A stretch of DNA of 62,487 nucleotides, the filler included, from Choristocarpus tenellus KU-1152 (taxonomy: Eukaryota; Protista; Phaeophyceae), in NCBI GenBank assembly GCA_964200185.2. It is 11 parts of 11 records of this genome, joined end to end, with 100 filler letters (N's around TTAATTAATTAA, not from the genome) between each part and the next. Parts side by side here need not be neighbours in the genome. Positions count along the whole stretch, not along the records: positions 1 to 5,159 come from CAXNAD020011664.1; positions 5,260 to 9,128 come from CAXNAD020017481.1; positions 9,229 to 12,240 come from CAXNAD020022952.1; positions 12,341 to 21,059 come from CAXNAD020004406.1; 7 more parts are not named here. The stretch is one strand, 5' to 3'. A program made the position numbers and the translations under genes. Shown here piece after piece: positions 1 to 13,071 of this stretch (position 1 is its first letter; each line of letters begins with the position of its first letter). The notes beneath the pieces were generated by a model. That model was not told the DNA's origin and did not search any database. It worked only from the letters and a program-made list of their open reading frames with translations.

Positions 1-674
1 GGGGGGAACAAAGGCGTTTTGATATAATGTCATCAGGCTTGGAGTTGACACGATAATAAGGCGTAGCATAGGTAGGCAGAAGGCGTTCATTCTCACACAC
101 ACACACACACACAAAACGTCAAAAGCGTTCCGGAGGATTAGTTTGCAAATTGATCTATCACACACTACTAACGATGCAAGTTATCACACCCTTTGTTTAA
201 AAAAAATAAATCGTAAGAGCTCTACTTCGAATAAAAACAAAAAAACAAAAGTGCACTGTACTGTAGAACAGACGTGTGTACATTCATAAAACCTTGTGAC
301 ATGTGTGCATATATATATATATCTTTGCAAACACACACACACACACATGCATACTCAGGCATGCGTACGTACGCACACACACGTATGCCTCCAGCGGATT
401 TGGTCACTTCCGGAGGAGTCGGGCTATGTTACTACTGCATCGTACTGTTGACATGATCATTACTACTACTACTACTATTATTATTATTATTATTACACCT
501 TTGAGAGCACGCATACATTCATTAGCAGTCTACATTGCCAGGACACCCACCAACATGACAATTACGAACATACGATTACTGCCTCCCCATACTGTGGAAA
601 ACTGGTAAGAAGCACGACGACAATGACGACGACGACAACGATGGTAGTGGTCACGAGAGCATCAAAATAACTAA

Positions 675-840
675 CGATTTGATCACTCTTATGACTTGAT
701 AACTCTAACGATTTGATAACTCCAATGATTTGATAACTCTTACAGACTTGATAACTCCAATGATTTGATAACTCTTACGGACTTGATAACTCCAATGATT
801 TGATAACTTTAATGATTTGATAACTCTAATGATTTGATTT
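675..840. repeat. Tandem repeat, 17-19 bp unit (ATGATTTGATAACTCYA)
   Basis: About 9 degenerate copies visible directly. Confidence 0.85.
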
Positions 841-2211
841 GTGGAAAACTAACACCGCAAAGTGTGGAGGCAGGAAGTGAGAATGTTTGTCTCAGAAAAA
901 CGTGTGGATTGCACAAATCAAAATCCGGAAACAAGGGAAGTTGATGGTCGGACGATAATCTGCAACAACCGCATCAGATTGCGACAGTTACATAACGTGG
1001 CCGTCAATATATATTTCCCAAAAAATAGTAATAAAAAAGAGCCAGCACGACGGCTTCGTGAATGATTAGGGTTACAACCGAGGACCTCTCCTACTGGAGA
1101 CGCCTCGTATGTGTGGAAACCCATGGATGTCGTGTGGTGCAACCACATCATATCTTGATGTATGCATGTATTTATGTATGTATGTATGTAGAACATCCAC
1201 ACAAACTAGGAACCGAGATGGTCATTCCACACCACGCAGCCACCGGACACACGTTTCAGTCAACTGTTACGTCCGGAAGTCGTTTTTTGTTTCAACATCA
1301 TTGGTTCGCAACCCTAATAAAACCGATGTAACAGTGGTCTGATATAGCGTGAAAGGCAGGGGCGGTCAGGCGAAAGCTTGAGATTCGGTGGCAAGTCTCT
1401 CACAGACATCTTCAACTGTGGAAACTTTGCTCCAGGACATCATTTGACCACACTTCGTCTGTGTGCTAATCTCTGCTAGAGGTGTGCACACGGGGGAACG
1501 TATTGTGTCTTTATCTGTGCGACAATTGAGGTCGACCATGAATGTGGCACCTTAAATCGATGTCATACCCATGTTCTCTCCTTTCGATGGCCTGTTCAAC
1601 TCTCCTGCTCTCAAAACATTTTTTTTTTTTTTTTAAGTTTTGATCTCAACAGTTCCCAGGAAAATTGGGATAGGTAAGACCACGGTATCAATAGCACTAT
1701 TTTATCTAATGTATCCTAGTGCTTCTGCAGTACATTGTACATTTTTATATTCTCGTGTTAATCTGTACAAGGTTGAAAACAAAAGATCGCCACCTAACTT
1801 TGATCGCATGTAGATGCGTAAATATACGCATTCCTAAGACTGAAGGGCAAAACTAGACAGGCTAACCCGTCTATCTTCTTTATATCTACTGCACTACACC
1901 TAAAAACCTTCCAAGCGTGACAGATACTCGGCGAGTCTACCTTGGTGTAAAACGATGCAATTTTAAGCCGATCGAACGTACCCGCTCATAAAACCAAAAT
2001 AGCCCAATCGGAATTTTTGTACTCGTACCAAAGGTTCAGCCTCGATACGAATAGCGACAACAGTTTGTATGAAACACTACCTCGCATCTCGCGAGGCTGG
2101 AGGTCTATCATGGGAGTCTCCCTTCTCAGGCTCTTTGCAGTAACGCAAGATGTTGGGGAGTTGCGACAGATTGCTCCAGCACCCTTACCGGAGGTACTAC
2201 GTCAAACTCAC

Positions 2212-2774
2212 CGACCCACCATAGCACGTTGGACCGTGAACACCACACAATACCCTCCGCCAGCACATATGCCCCGTCTACTACAAGGGCAAGTCTGTCG
2301 GACGGGAGATCATGGAGATGTCGACGCCAAACGACGTTCTCCTCTCGCTTGGGAAGTGATTCATCATTGATGCTCTTCATTGACCTTGTGAGGTAGATGG
2401 GAAGATATAGAATAGATTGGAGATTACATCATGATACAGAATAGGTGGGGAGGGTAGAGACATACTTCCACTGGCTCTTTGGGGTACTTTGCCAGCAAGC
2501 TTTTGTACTGAGACTTGAGTGTGAACACTAAGGAAGTACTGCGACCATTTATGGTAAAGAAGATATAGGAGAATACAAAAGGAAGGAAGAAAATCTGCAG
2601 TGTGTTCAGAAGATTAGCCTGAAAAGCAACCATGGAGGAGAGTTGTGGGGATCTCTCGGCTCACTTCCTGTTTGTCCTCCTCCTCCTCAACAACACAGCC
2701 CCCGTGATGACAGCACCAACCACGCCGATCACTGCAAGCATGGAGCTAACCATTAACCCCGACCGGTGAGCCAT
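2212..2774 (-). CDS. SMP-30/gluconolactonase/regucalcin-family protein with N-terminal membrane anchor, 5' part (exons 2774-2665, 2507-2466, 2384-2212)
   Basis: Three exons with GT-AG boundaries splice in frame: MAHRSGLMVSSMLAVIGVVGAVITGAVLLRRRRTNR...LALVVDGAYVLAEGIVWCSRSNVLWWV(D). The last part matches the SGL-family N-terminal motif LGEGPxWxxxxxxLxWVD. Downstream exons were not identified. Confidence 0.6.
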
Positions 2775-4195
2775 TGCAAAACTACAAGGCACAACTGCAG
2801 TGCTAGAGTGTGCGCCACGCTTGGTGCAAAGGACAGAAATTTGTCATGATGATGAAGGCACGTACACAAATACAACCATATATACGGTGAAGGGGATAAG
2901 ATTATTGTGAATCAGATACTGCGCGCAGAACGCGTGGGAGGTTGCTTTTTGTAGTTCGATAGATTCAAGTACAATCGGGTGAGATATGTGCGGACCACTA
3001 ACTCCACATCTCAAACAAACGGTTATTGATTAGTTTATATATTATTATTATCACCTTAAACATTTTGTGGATGTGTTGTGGAAAAAGTCAATTCTACACC
3101 ACCATGATCCCCGAAAGGAACCCAAACGTCCATTGCACCTCTCTCACGTACGTACAATGTAAAACCAAGTAATTCTAGTCCGTCCATCCATCCGTCTGTG
3201 TATCGTCTATTTGTTTGTGGAAGTTTCTACCACTCACCACTCTCTTAACGTCAAGAATACCTAGAAAAAACAATACTAGTACTGGCTCTCATACGTATGT
3301 ACCCCCATAAAAACAAAAAATACCGTCCATCCATCCACCATGCAGTTCAGGTGGTCGCATTCCTTTTATGGGAATGCCATGATTCCAACCCCGATCGCGG
3401 AGGTGACATTATTATTAGCGTGTTTGCTCAAAATAAAATACATGATCGAAAAAGTCATACATCACCCCATGATACAGTAATAAAATTACCATGTTGACAT
3501 ACAATGACATACAAGACTTTTTAGACAGTGAATTACATTTTGCGCAAACACCTTATTATTGGGAGGAAATGAATAGACCACGTAACAAGTGCATTGGGAA
3601 GGTACACCTGTACCTTACTATCTCGTGCTAAACCACAAAAAGGGAGATTTGAATCGCGATGAGGAATATTCATTCTGGATGAACGGCGGAAGTTCTCTGA
3701 TGTTGTCATGATCCCTCAAACAACCACTATGGTGTAAAAACTCTATGCTGTTTGGTGGATACACACATCATGTACAGAAGTCCCTTTCGCAATTTACCAT
3801 AATTTTCCGTATGGATGTGATATTGAATACTAGACTAATATTATAACAAGGTTCTGTTAAGTCTCGTGTGAGTCTCCATCATTTCCCGAATTCCCCCGTT
3901 GATACACTGCTCTATATGCCTTTCCGACCCATCTCGCTGAGTAGGTACGTCATATGTATTATTTGTTGGTGGCATGTTCATGCACATCAAAACATGCAAC
4001 AACGAAACGAGGTAGGGCGTCGAGCTTGAAACCAAGCAGATTGGTAGAGGGTCGATCTTATCTGTGCCCCGCCACAAAAAATATCCGCCATACAACTACC
4101 CATGTATGACGATCAGTGGGGCTTAACATTAAAACAATACATCTACACATGTATGACAATAGTGGGCCTTGACTATAAATTAATACTATGTATTC

Positions 4196-4306
4196 AGTAG
4201 TAGTAGCAGCAGCAGCAGTAGTAGTAGTCGTAGTAGTAATAGTGGTGGTGGTGGTGGTGGTGGTGGTAGTAGTAATAGTGATAGTAGTAGCAGTAGTAGT
4301 AGCAGT
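4196..4306. repeat. Compound trinucleotide microsatellite (GTA/GCA/GTG)
   Basis: Direct inspection. It explains the poly-T/L/P ORFs in the track. Confidence 0.9.
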
Positions 4307-5159
4307 ATAACGTGTAATGCCCAGAATAATACAGAGCATGCAACTAGTAAAAAAGGTTGAAGGCCGGTGAAAAGGTCAAGCTGCGAATCCTGTAGCAAGA
4401 CCAGCAGAGGAGGTCAACAAAAGGAGAGTATGGAAAAGGAGCCAAACCGCAATCTTCACCACGATTGGGAAAATCAGATTCAACCAGATCATAAATGGAC
4501 TGTTACAGTGCGCCCCAGAAGCTTACCTCCACAGGATGTATAGTTCCAATCTACGGGCTTATAAAGATGATACTGATGCACGTATAGGACTCCTGATGCA
4601 CAATTCGTCAAGTATGCTGGATCTCTCACTTGGATTATCATCAATATCATTGCATAAGAAAGGAATTGGTCTACGATGTCTTATCACAATCGGGGACCAA
4701 CCACAATGACCAAATAATAAATAAATAATCAAGAAGTACAAATATATCAAATCTAGAACTTCAATGTCATAATGGTGTTTATGAAACCGCCATCAAGACA
4801 TATCGCCTGTAACAGGACTCATTGAAAGAAAAAGACCTACAACAGACCGTTTCATGAGGTTCGGTATTGGCAGCAGGCGCTGCTTGCAAGCTTTGCATTT
4901 GGAATCCTTTGCCATTGGTGATAGGTGGATACTTGCACTTCTTGAAGAGAACCAAGAGAGATCCATTCACGGATTGAACTGTTCGTTTTTTTTCCCCAGC
5001 AACATAGAGAGCACAAGTAAATGAGCCTAACCCATATCTTACTCTCTGCTTGACTGTGAAATTGAGGAAACGAGGCGGGTCCGATGTGCGGCTCTTCAGA
5101 AAAAAAAAAAAAACGAGAGGGAGGGAGGGGGGGGGGGGGGGGGAACCGGGGGGTATGGG

Positions 5160-5259
5160 NNNNNNNNNNNNNNNNNNNNNNNNNNNNNNNNNNNNNNNNN
5201 NNNTTAATTAATTAANNNNNNNNNNNNNNNNNNNNNNNNNNNNNNNNNNNNNNNNNNNN
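5160..5259. other. Artificial contig spacer N44-TTAATTAATTAA-N44 (also 9129-9228, 12241-12340, 21060-21159, 25203-25302, 28167-28266, 32619-32718, 45678-45777, 50188-50287, 56730-56829)
   Basis: Ten identical 100-nt blocks. The core gives stop codons in all six frames, typical of a concatenation linker. Confidence 0.98.
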
Positions 5260-5394
5260 CCCCTCCCCAGATACTTGGGCCCAATACAGAGCTACAATAT
5301 CTACGTCTAAGAGTCATGATTTGGATAGGTACATTGCATTTCTTATACTCCATTTGATAAAACATCTGACAATCACCCCATACTTCGTACATAC

Positions 5395-5734
5395 CTCTTC
5401 ACTGCAGAACAAGGGCAGGAAGCTTCTTTGCCATTACTCGGTATGAAGACCAAAGTTGAGGAACGAATACCCTGCTCCACATTTTCGAATGTGCAGCTAT
5501 CAGTCCCGTAGATATCATTGAGAAAACCACATACAATCCTCAGGGTAGACCTGGAAGATGTGTAAAGAAAGCCCGTTCCACTCTTTGGCTCCCCCCGAAT
5601 CTGAATATTCTTCTCAAGCACTCCATCATCGGATTCAGGAAAAATGTCCTCACATGGCATGCATACCTCCTTGTATCCACCCCATTCTTTTCCAGGTTTG
5701 GGGGTGCTTATCTGTGCACCAACACGACTAACTC
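5395..5734 (-). CDS. Sulfotransferase exon (PAPS 5'-phosphosulfate-binding loop)
   Basis: Open exon between a CAG acceptor and a GTAT donor encoding ...VLEKNIQIRGEPKSGTGFLY.... PKSGT after a hydrophobic strand is the sulfotransferase 5'-PSB motif. Confidence 0.65.
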
Positions 5735-7329
5735 CTGCAGATAGTGCAATTTGGGAGTGTAGGCGGTAAGAGGTGGGGTAAAGGAATCTTGTCGATTGTT
5801 CCCTGCATTCAAAATGATTTAAACCTTGATGGCAAAATGATCTGTTTACAACATCATCTCCAATCTGGAATGTACGCTCTAGTGAGAGGGTGAAATGTGA
5901 TCATGTTGTCTACACTTGTTTGGTCAACTTGGTGAAAAAAGCTTGACACAACCCACGTCTTCTTAACAACCCAGAACCCTAAGACGTTGTGTTTCTGTCC
6001 CGTACATCCTAATCAGCACTACCCAAAACTATGAAACCCCTATCATGATGTGTTACACGGCAAGAGCTGCTATGCAATGTTCATAAAGCAAACACTGACA
6101 GTATACATTTCAAATGTATTCTGCAGGCGGTAAGGCACTACAGTTAGAGGATGATGAAAAGTGCTTGTGCTTAGTAAACACCACTGGATTACGCCATGGC
6201 TTCGTACAGATCTACTAATCATAGTGGGAGATATATGCCAGAGAGGGCTCTATGCCTCGCACACTGGGGTCAGAAACCAGAAGTACTCATCCAAAGGTAT
6301 GTAAGTTAGTCTCAGCTCTTCAGATTGCGGTTGAGTGTGATGATGGTTCTGTACACGGAGAAGAGGAGTTATGAGAATTCCCGAGGGGTGGGTGGGCATC
6401 ATGGATCCAGATTGCATTATTTTCTTCTTCCACTTAAATCACCTGTCGCATGTTAGTATCACGTGGAGAAGAACAGAGTCCCCTACTAGTCGAAAGGGAA
6501 TCTAATTGATGTTCCACTCAATAATTGATCGTTGCAATATAAGTGTAGCCTGCTTTAACCCATTGCCCTTGCCACATCGTGTTCAACCTTGAGAAAAGGG
6601 CATATATCGTACTAATAGGTTATTTCTCTCGATAAACTTCCCATTCATGGCCTTAAATAGTAGATATCTTCTTACTTCCTCTTGTCCCCAACTAGTTGAG
6701 CTTGACGTGGACAGTTGCGTGGTACTACTGCCCATACCTTCAGGACTCAATTGCCAACGATGCAGAGTATGCGATCTTACGTCATAGAACAGGGGGGAGA
6801 CACAGCAATAGCAGTATGATGCACCAATGTCTCGATGCACGATTGGTGTAGAACAGAATTCGATTTCAGCGTAGTAATCGACACGTGCATGAGTTGACTG
6901 ACTCTGATCCGATGCTTACAACAAGTAGCTACCGGGCTACCACTTACCCTGATCTCCCCAGATGTTAATTGCAGCAATGAGAGAGAGGCCTGCGATTCGC
7001 ATCTTCCAGTCCAGTCAAGAAGACAAATGTGAAATATTCCTGTGTGAAAGACGGTACAAGACCACACGCACTATAATTCGATGATATGGAAAGAGTAGGT
7101 CATTGCTGCACTATCGAGGCGAGAAGGAAGAGAGTCGACAAGGAAATATCACAAACCATAACCTTGATTGACAAGAGAGACGAAATCATCCTCTCGCAGA
7201 AAATTTCAAGGACGAAAGGGTGGAGTGTACATGCGATGCTGAAAAAGAATAGTAGAAGGGTGAAAACTGGAGGAGTATAATCGTGTTCTCGTACGCATGA
7301 ACGTCATCACCTAAGTACAATTAAGTGTC

Positions 7330-7810
7330 GAGAGAATCAGACAGAGAAATCAAGACTGAAGGTGGCGAGATACTCCAAGTATTTTATATATATATGCCGC
7401 GCGTGTACTTGTTCAGGGTGACGAGGGTAAGTACGATAGAGGTTATCAGCCTTGGTGAGTGTCATGTCTAGGAAAGGTGTGTTGCTGCGCAAGTGATATT
7501 GGCTGGAGGCGATGGCGACGTGCACCTCGAATATAATGTATTGTGGTAAATGGATGAGAAGTATAATAGTTGTACGGCAATATCATCGACAGGAACGTCC
7601 TCCACAAGTAATACTGAGGTAGCGTGAAACCTATGTTTAGAATGAAGTTTGTGGGTAGACATGGAATATCCTGTTGATGTGAACGAAGGAGGACTACGTT
7701 AATTTATACTGGGGCAATTTTCAAAACTAATATCACAACACAATACTCTCTGGTATCTTCTAAGACACAACATGGGGTGAGATGCTGTCAAAGGATGGTG
7801 GGAACCGATG
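7330..7810 (-). mobile_element. Decayed non-LTR (LINE) reverse-transcriptase remnant
   Basis: Degenerate RT motifs in the expected order on the minus strand, broken by stops and frameshifts: SFDSIS (~7790), AP..INVVL (~7700), VDDIAV (~7585), KYL(G)V..SLDFS (~7375). The remnant probably extends further on both sides. Confidence 0.5.
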
Positions 7811-8044
7811 GATGGTGTGGTGGAGGTTGGATAGAGGTGGGAGTTGATGAGTCCAATATCAGACGCTGTCTCTATTAATCCTCACTCAGAAAGGATATAT
7901 ATATATATGTATGTATATATTGTGAGGTTTGTCTTACTCCTATTTCATGGTTATATCAGATGCATAGATGCAGGGTAGACTCACCTCTTGAAATAGATAG
8001 AGTGATTACAGATTGTCCCTTACATCCCACCCAAGATGGGAGGA

Positions 8045-8518
8045 GGTTATGAGTTATTAAGGGATCAACATATATTTTACTTTGTTCTCCCTGTTCCAAA
8101 ACGAACTAGACGGAGAATGTAAGTATATCATTCTTTGTGGGACAACAGAAAGCAAATGATTCTGAAGAATATTTATACTCGTTTCCAATATAAGTAGTAT
8201 ATTTTACCACATTCCAACAATTAGTATTAATGAAATTGTTGTTTTGGAAACGTTTTGAGTTTGTTGAAGGGAATATGTATGGTTACGAGTTATTTAGGGA
8301 TTCACATATATTTTACTTTGTTCTCCCTGTTCAAAAACGAACTAGACGGAGAATGTAAGTATATCATTCTTTGTGGGACAACAGAAAGCAAATGATCCTG
8401 AAGAATATTATAACTCGTTTCCACTATAAGTAGTATATTATATCACATTCCAACAATTAGTTTTAATGTAATCGTTGTTTTGGAAACGTTTTGAGTTCGT
8501 TGAAGGGAATATGTATGG
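8045..8518. repeat. Direct tandem duplication, about 236 bp x2
   Basis: 8045-8280 and 8281-8518 align along their length with scattered substitutions. Confidence 0.9.
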
Positions 8519-10564
8519 TATGTTTGAGTATTGGTAGGTGTGAAAAGAACGGAATTGGAAGGTGAAGGATTAGATAAGGGTTGTGTGGGTAGGAGGTAGA
8601 AGAGGTAGGAGAAAAGTTGAAGAAATTGAGTGATAGGTGGAGATGTAAGGTAGGAAAGAATAGGACAAAACTGAAGGTAAATCTAAGGGTGGCGGTGCAG
8701 GATAAGCAGGGCAAGACCAAGTTAGGAATTTTTCCCTCCCACTCTCCATTTCGATTGGTCACGAATGATTTCTTCTAGTTCAAAGAGACAGTATATTAAA
8801 GCGGATGATGGAGAGATGTGGAGATATATGTATGTGCAAACTTCAGGTCTTTTGAAATGTATGTAGAATATGTTCTGAATTACATTCCGACGTTTCACAC
8901 ATTAAAGAAAATACGTCAAGTCAAGGTTCGATCTTCATCCATGAAAATGTTCTCAATTGCAAAATGGATATTTGCCTACGGACTTACAATATCAATCGGG
9001 GAAAAGGTGGGTAACACGAGGAGTATCCTGAATTTTCAATTGTGGAAAGGATTGTATGTGAGAGCCATATACCACAGAAGGTATACCCTGAAGGTAACCT
9101 ATCTTGAACATTATGTATGAGGTATACCNNNNNNNNNNNNNNNNNNNNNNNNNNNNNNNNNNNNNNNNNNNNTTAATTAATTAANNNNNNNNNNNNNNNN
9201 NNNNNNNNNNNNNNNNNNNNNNNNNNNNCCCCCCCAGACACTTTGAGTCAGATGGTGTCACAATACAAAGGAACAAGTTGGTACTAGATGTTGGCGAAGT
9301 TGTCAAGAGAGTACCAACATCACTAGGGTGGTAAGAGGCAATCCTCAAAACATCTTCCCTTGTTGCTATACCTAAGCTTTCCAAGGAATACAGCACCAAC
9401 AGGTGGAGTGAACTTGTACCAGGGAAACTCATTCAGGTGATCACTGGTACGCGCGCCAGGAAGAACAAAATCTGTGCAACAATGGTCCTACACTTCTAAC
9501 CCTCAAGTGTCAGGACTGACTTCATGTTGTCCACTGTGCTCTGCTGATGCAACCCTAGTTAGGTATCTTCGTCTCATCAAGCTACTCACCCGACAAAACC
9601 AGGCCAGCCTTGCATTGCAACCGCCCCCCACACCACGCCCACGATGACCGACATCATTTGCCTGAACCAGTGTACACAAACCGGGAAGTCCTCGAAAGTG
9701 TCCTATTTTTATAGTAGTCGTATGCAAGATGCAATGAACACGAGGTTGAATACATGTAAGGGAGAGACGAGAAGTAAGGACAGGTTGGGATTGCACATTA
9801 TTGTGGAGGGGGATGGCGATTTGGGGGCCCCAGATGGATGCGGCTCTACCCTCTAAAACGTTGACATTTCCATCACTCTACAATAGGGAGAACAAATGAC
9901 AGGAGCTGTCATTTGCGTTGCAAGATAAGTCCCTTCTAGTACCGCCAACATCATGGCCAACAACAATCAACCCCTTCCAGCACGATTACTTTCATTTAAC
10001 TTCTGAAAGAGATCATCACACAGTGATGTACATGGACGGATTGTCAGGGCTGCGTGCTTCATCTTCGTGAAATTAGACAGCCTGTTGTTCAGACTTTCCC
10101 TGCAATACCCACACTACTTCTCCGGCAAGTACTCTGGCCACGACATCCTTGTTGCCATCCACTATCTAGAAGAGAGATCAACTAGTTCACCGTGTCATGT
10201 GTCAATCAACTGGTCAACTGGGTTACTTCGTACTAATGAAGGAGAATATTACCTCTTATGTATTATCTACCTTCCCCAACATACCCTCTCACACACCTTA
10301 TCCCATGCAGCCCCCGCCTTCAAGCCCTTGGACCATTTCTCCTTGCAGCTTTCCAGGAAGGATGGTTTCTCCTCAGGTACTGCAGCACGTCTCCGAGTTG
10401 TTCCCATTGTCTAGCGTCCTGAAGGCTAGATGTCCAATTTTTGTTGTTTCTGTTGATAAGAGTATATTTCTCTGTGATATTCGAAACCTTGAAGCCTCGA
10501 AGGGTTTGTAAACACCTAGTATTGAAAATTTTAAAATTGGGTTCAACATAGCAGAGAAAAAGGG

Positions 10565-11689
10565 ATGGCAGGCTTTGTCCACTGTCGGTTTGCATCCACT
10601 CTGGCTCACATTCGGAGGCGATCCTCCTCTTCTACCTCAACCCTTTCATCCTCCTCGCGAACACACTGCTCATATGGCATGGTGAGTTTTGCCAATGTAT
10701 CAAGGACATGTTTTTTTTTGCTCTTTTACTCCGTGTCCTGCCAAGGGGCAGACCTGTCCAACTTTGCACGGTAAGCCTCTTCCTTGCGTGGGAAGTTGTG
10801 AAAGGTAAATTCCAAGACTCTTTGCTTTCTTCGTTGCCCTGATCACCAATTCGAACCAAACGAACCCGAGTACCATCAGGCATTTGACATTGATGGGGTG
10901 CTAGTGCGTGGGAGCAACCTGATCCCTGGGGCCAAAGAGAGCCTTGCTGCCCTCGCAAAAGCTTCCGTCCCTTTTATCTTCATCACCAATGGCGGGGGTG
11001 AGGTCGCTACGCGTCTTGTCGGAGCCTGCTTCGCAGACTCGAACCCCCTAGTTCATCAGTGAACCACATACCATTCTCAACTCCCACCCTACTCAAACTC
11101 CAAACCTTTTCTCCACTCTAGCTTTGTTTCATGTGCTACGTAGAATGAGAGTTGTAGCCGAACGTAGCAGTTGATGCCGAACTTTGCACCTTGCTATATT
11201 ATTCTTGATTTAACCAAGTACTTCCGTTCCATGGATGCACTATTTTAAGTCCCTTCCTTTCAGGAGTCGGTTGAGAATATTGCGATTTGCTTATGAACCT
11301 ATGCATTTCGGATTCACTGTGCGACACAACCCCAACGGCTCTAGATTTTGTTTAATTTCATATCTTCCTGGCTAGGACTGCCCCTTAGCATTCGATTCTA
11401 TTGCCAACAAGGAATAGTTTGGCAGACGGTAGGACTACACAATGATTTGTGCTGTCGTGTCCTTAATGATTGCTCTCCCTGCCCCTGCACACTCCTTGCA
11501 GGCTGTACAGAACGTGAAAAGGCGGACGAGCTGACATCAAAGCTTGGCATACCCGTCACTCGGGAGATGGTTGTCTTGTCGCACTCTCCGATGAGGGAAT
11601 TAACCCCCCGATTTGCTGAGAAGAGGGTGATGGTGCTGGGATCGGGATGCAAGAGGATAGCGTCTGAAGACCTGGGACTGCTTAACACG
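10565..11689 (+). CDS. HDHD5: HAD-superfamily IIA hydrolase, HDHD5/CECR5-like, 5' part (exons 10565-10681, 10880-10997, 11502-11689)
   Basis: Spliced product: S/R-rich mitochondrial-type leader, then YGMAFDIDGVLVRGSNLIPGAKESL...PFIFITNGGGCTEREKADELTSKLGIPV...VVLSHSPMR. DxDGVL motif I, TNGGG motif II and SHSP are typical of CECR5/HDHD5. Confidence 0.85.
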
Positions 11690-12515
11690 GTAATGGAAGA
11701 TTCCATAAACCTATGCATTGTTGATGAGGGAGGGTGGGGTGGGGGAAGGAAATCACTTCCTGCTACCTTGTCACATTGATTGCTGATCCTAACAATTTCT
11801 CCCCGTCCTGTGGTTTGCTTCGTTGGAGTATGATCCTTACCTCACTCAGCATCCTTGCCACCACTCCCGCAAGATTTTGACTGAGCTCCACCTCTCGCTG
11901 TTCCCCAACGACACTCTGGTGTACACTACTGATTTCATTTCACAATGCCCCTGAAGGTTCGCTGAGTCGGTGTTGCATGTTTTCGTTGAGAATCGAGGGT
12001 CTCGTGCTTGGCCATGCTGGCTCTATCACAACGTCTGCATGCATAGGACTATGTAAAGTTAATCACGGGCTCATCGTTTGAAAAACCCCTCTGTATGCTC
12101 AGTGAGAAGGCTCAAGCCAACTTCGGTTACACTGAACCCACTGTTCCCTCCCTCCCCATGTCCCCGAGCCCGCCTCCCCGCCAGTAGTAGCCTGTTCAAG
12201 CAGGCGCTCCCTTCATACCCACCTTCGGTTCCCTTCCCCCNNNNNNNNNNNNNNNNNNNNNNNNNNNNNNNNNNNNNNNNNNNNTTAATTAATTAANNNN
12301 NNNNNNNNNNNNNNNNNNNNNNNNNNNNNNNNNNNNNNNNGACGACCACATCACACTGGTAAGAACATACAAGAGATGAGGTTGCTCCATGATGACCGGC
12401 ATGTATAGCTGGTAGGCGACATGCAATATCAGGACCTTGGACATCCGTGAAATGATCCGGGCAAGAAGTCACAAATATACCCAACATTCCCGTCGTTCAA
12501 TTGCATTACTCTCAC

Positions 12516-13071
12516 CTTCCTCTACAAGCGCCTCCAGAAAGGCCGCGTAGGTATTGCGAGGAAAAGCCCCAACTCCAGCACCACCAACAAAGTGCACCAC
12601 ACCAAGGGGGAATTCCACACCCTGTGGAAGTAAGACATCAGCCTCCCCAACTTTTTTCCAGTCATGCCGAGGATTGGGATCAACAAATTCCGGCTCATCT
12701 CCAAATCTTCCATAGTCCCCTGCACAGCTTGCTATACTGGACACAATGCGAGTGGATCGGGGCAACCATATGTTGACAGCCTGTACGACTGGTGTCACCT
12801 GTATCAAATGATGACGAGACGAACTCACCGACCACTTTAGTGGCGTGAAACCTGCGAAGGGCGCAAAAGCAGTCATTCCTTGCAATGACGAGTAATGAAC
12901 AGTCTACTACAACTGGGATGTGCTAAGCAGTAATACAAACACCTTGACCAAGGTCTACAAGTAGGTGCTGATCAGCCCACCGTGACATCCGCAAATCAGC
13001 ATGGAAAGCAACACTGAGGTCGTGGTGGCGCAACAATGACGCCTCCGCCTCCTCGTTATTGAGAAACTCAT
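12516..13071 (-). CDS. DUF1350-family alpha/beta-hydrolase-like protein, probably plastid-targeted, 5' part (exons 13071-12981, 12878-12516)
   Basis: PLGVVHFVGGAGVGAFPRNTYAAFLEALVEEG matches the DUF1350 pattern GVIHFxGGAFxGxxPxxxYxxLLE. The leader ...SVLLSMLICGCHGMTA-FAP resembles an ASAFAP-type bipartite signal. Confidence 0.75.

Noticed and set aside
3841-4095. Possible LINE C-terminal zinc-finger remnant (similar hint at 55550-56250)
   Set aside because: Only faint similarity across frameshifts, not supportable without a translated search.
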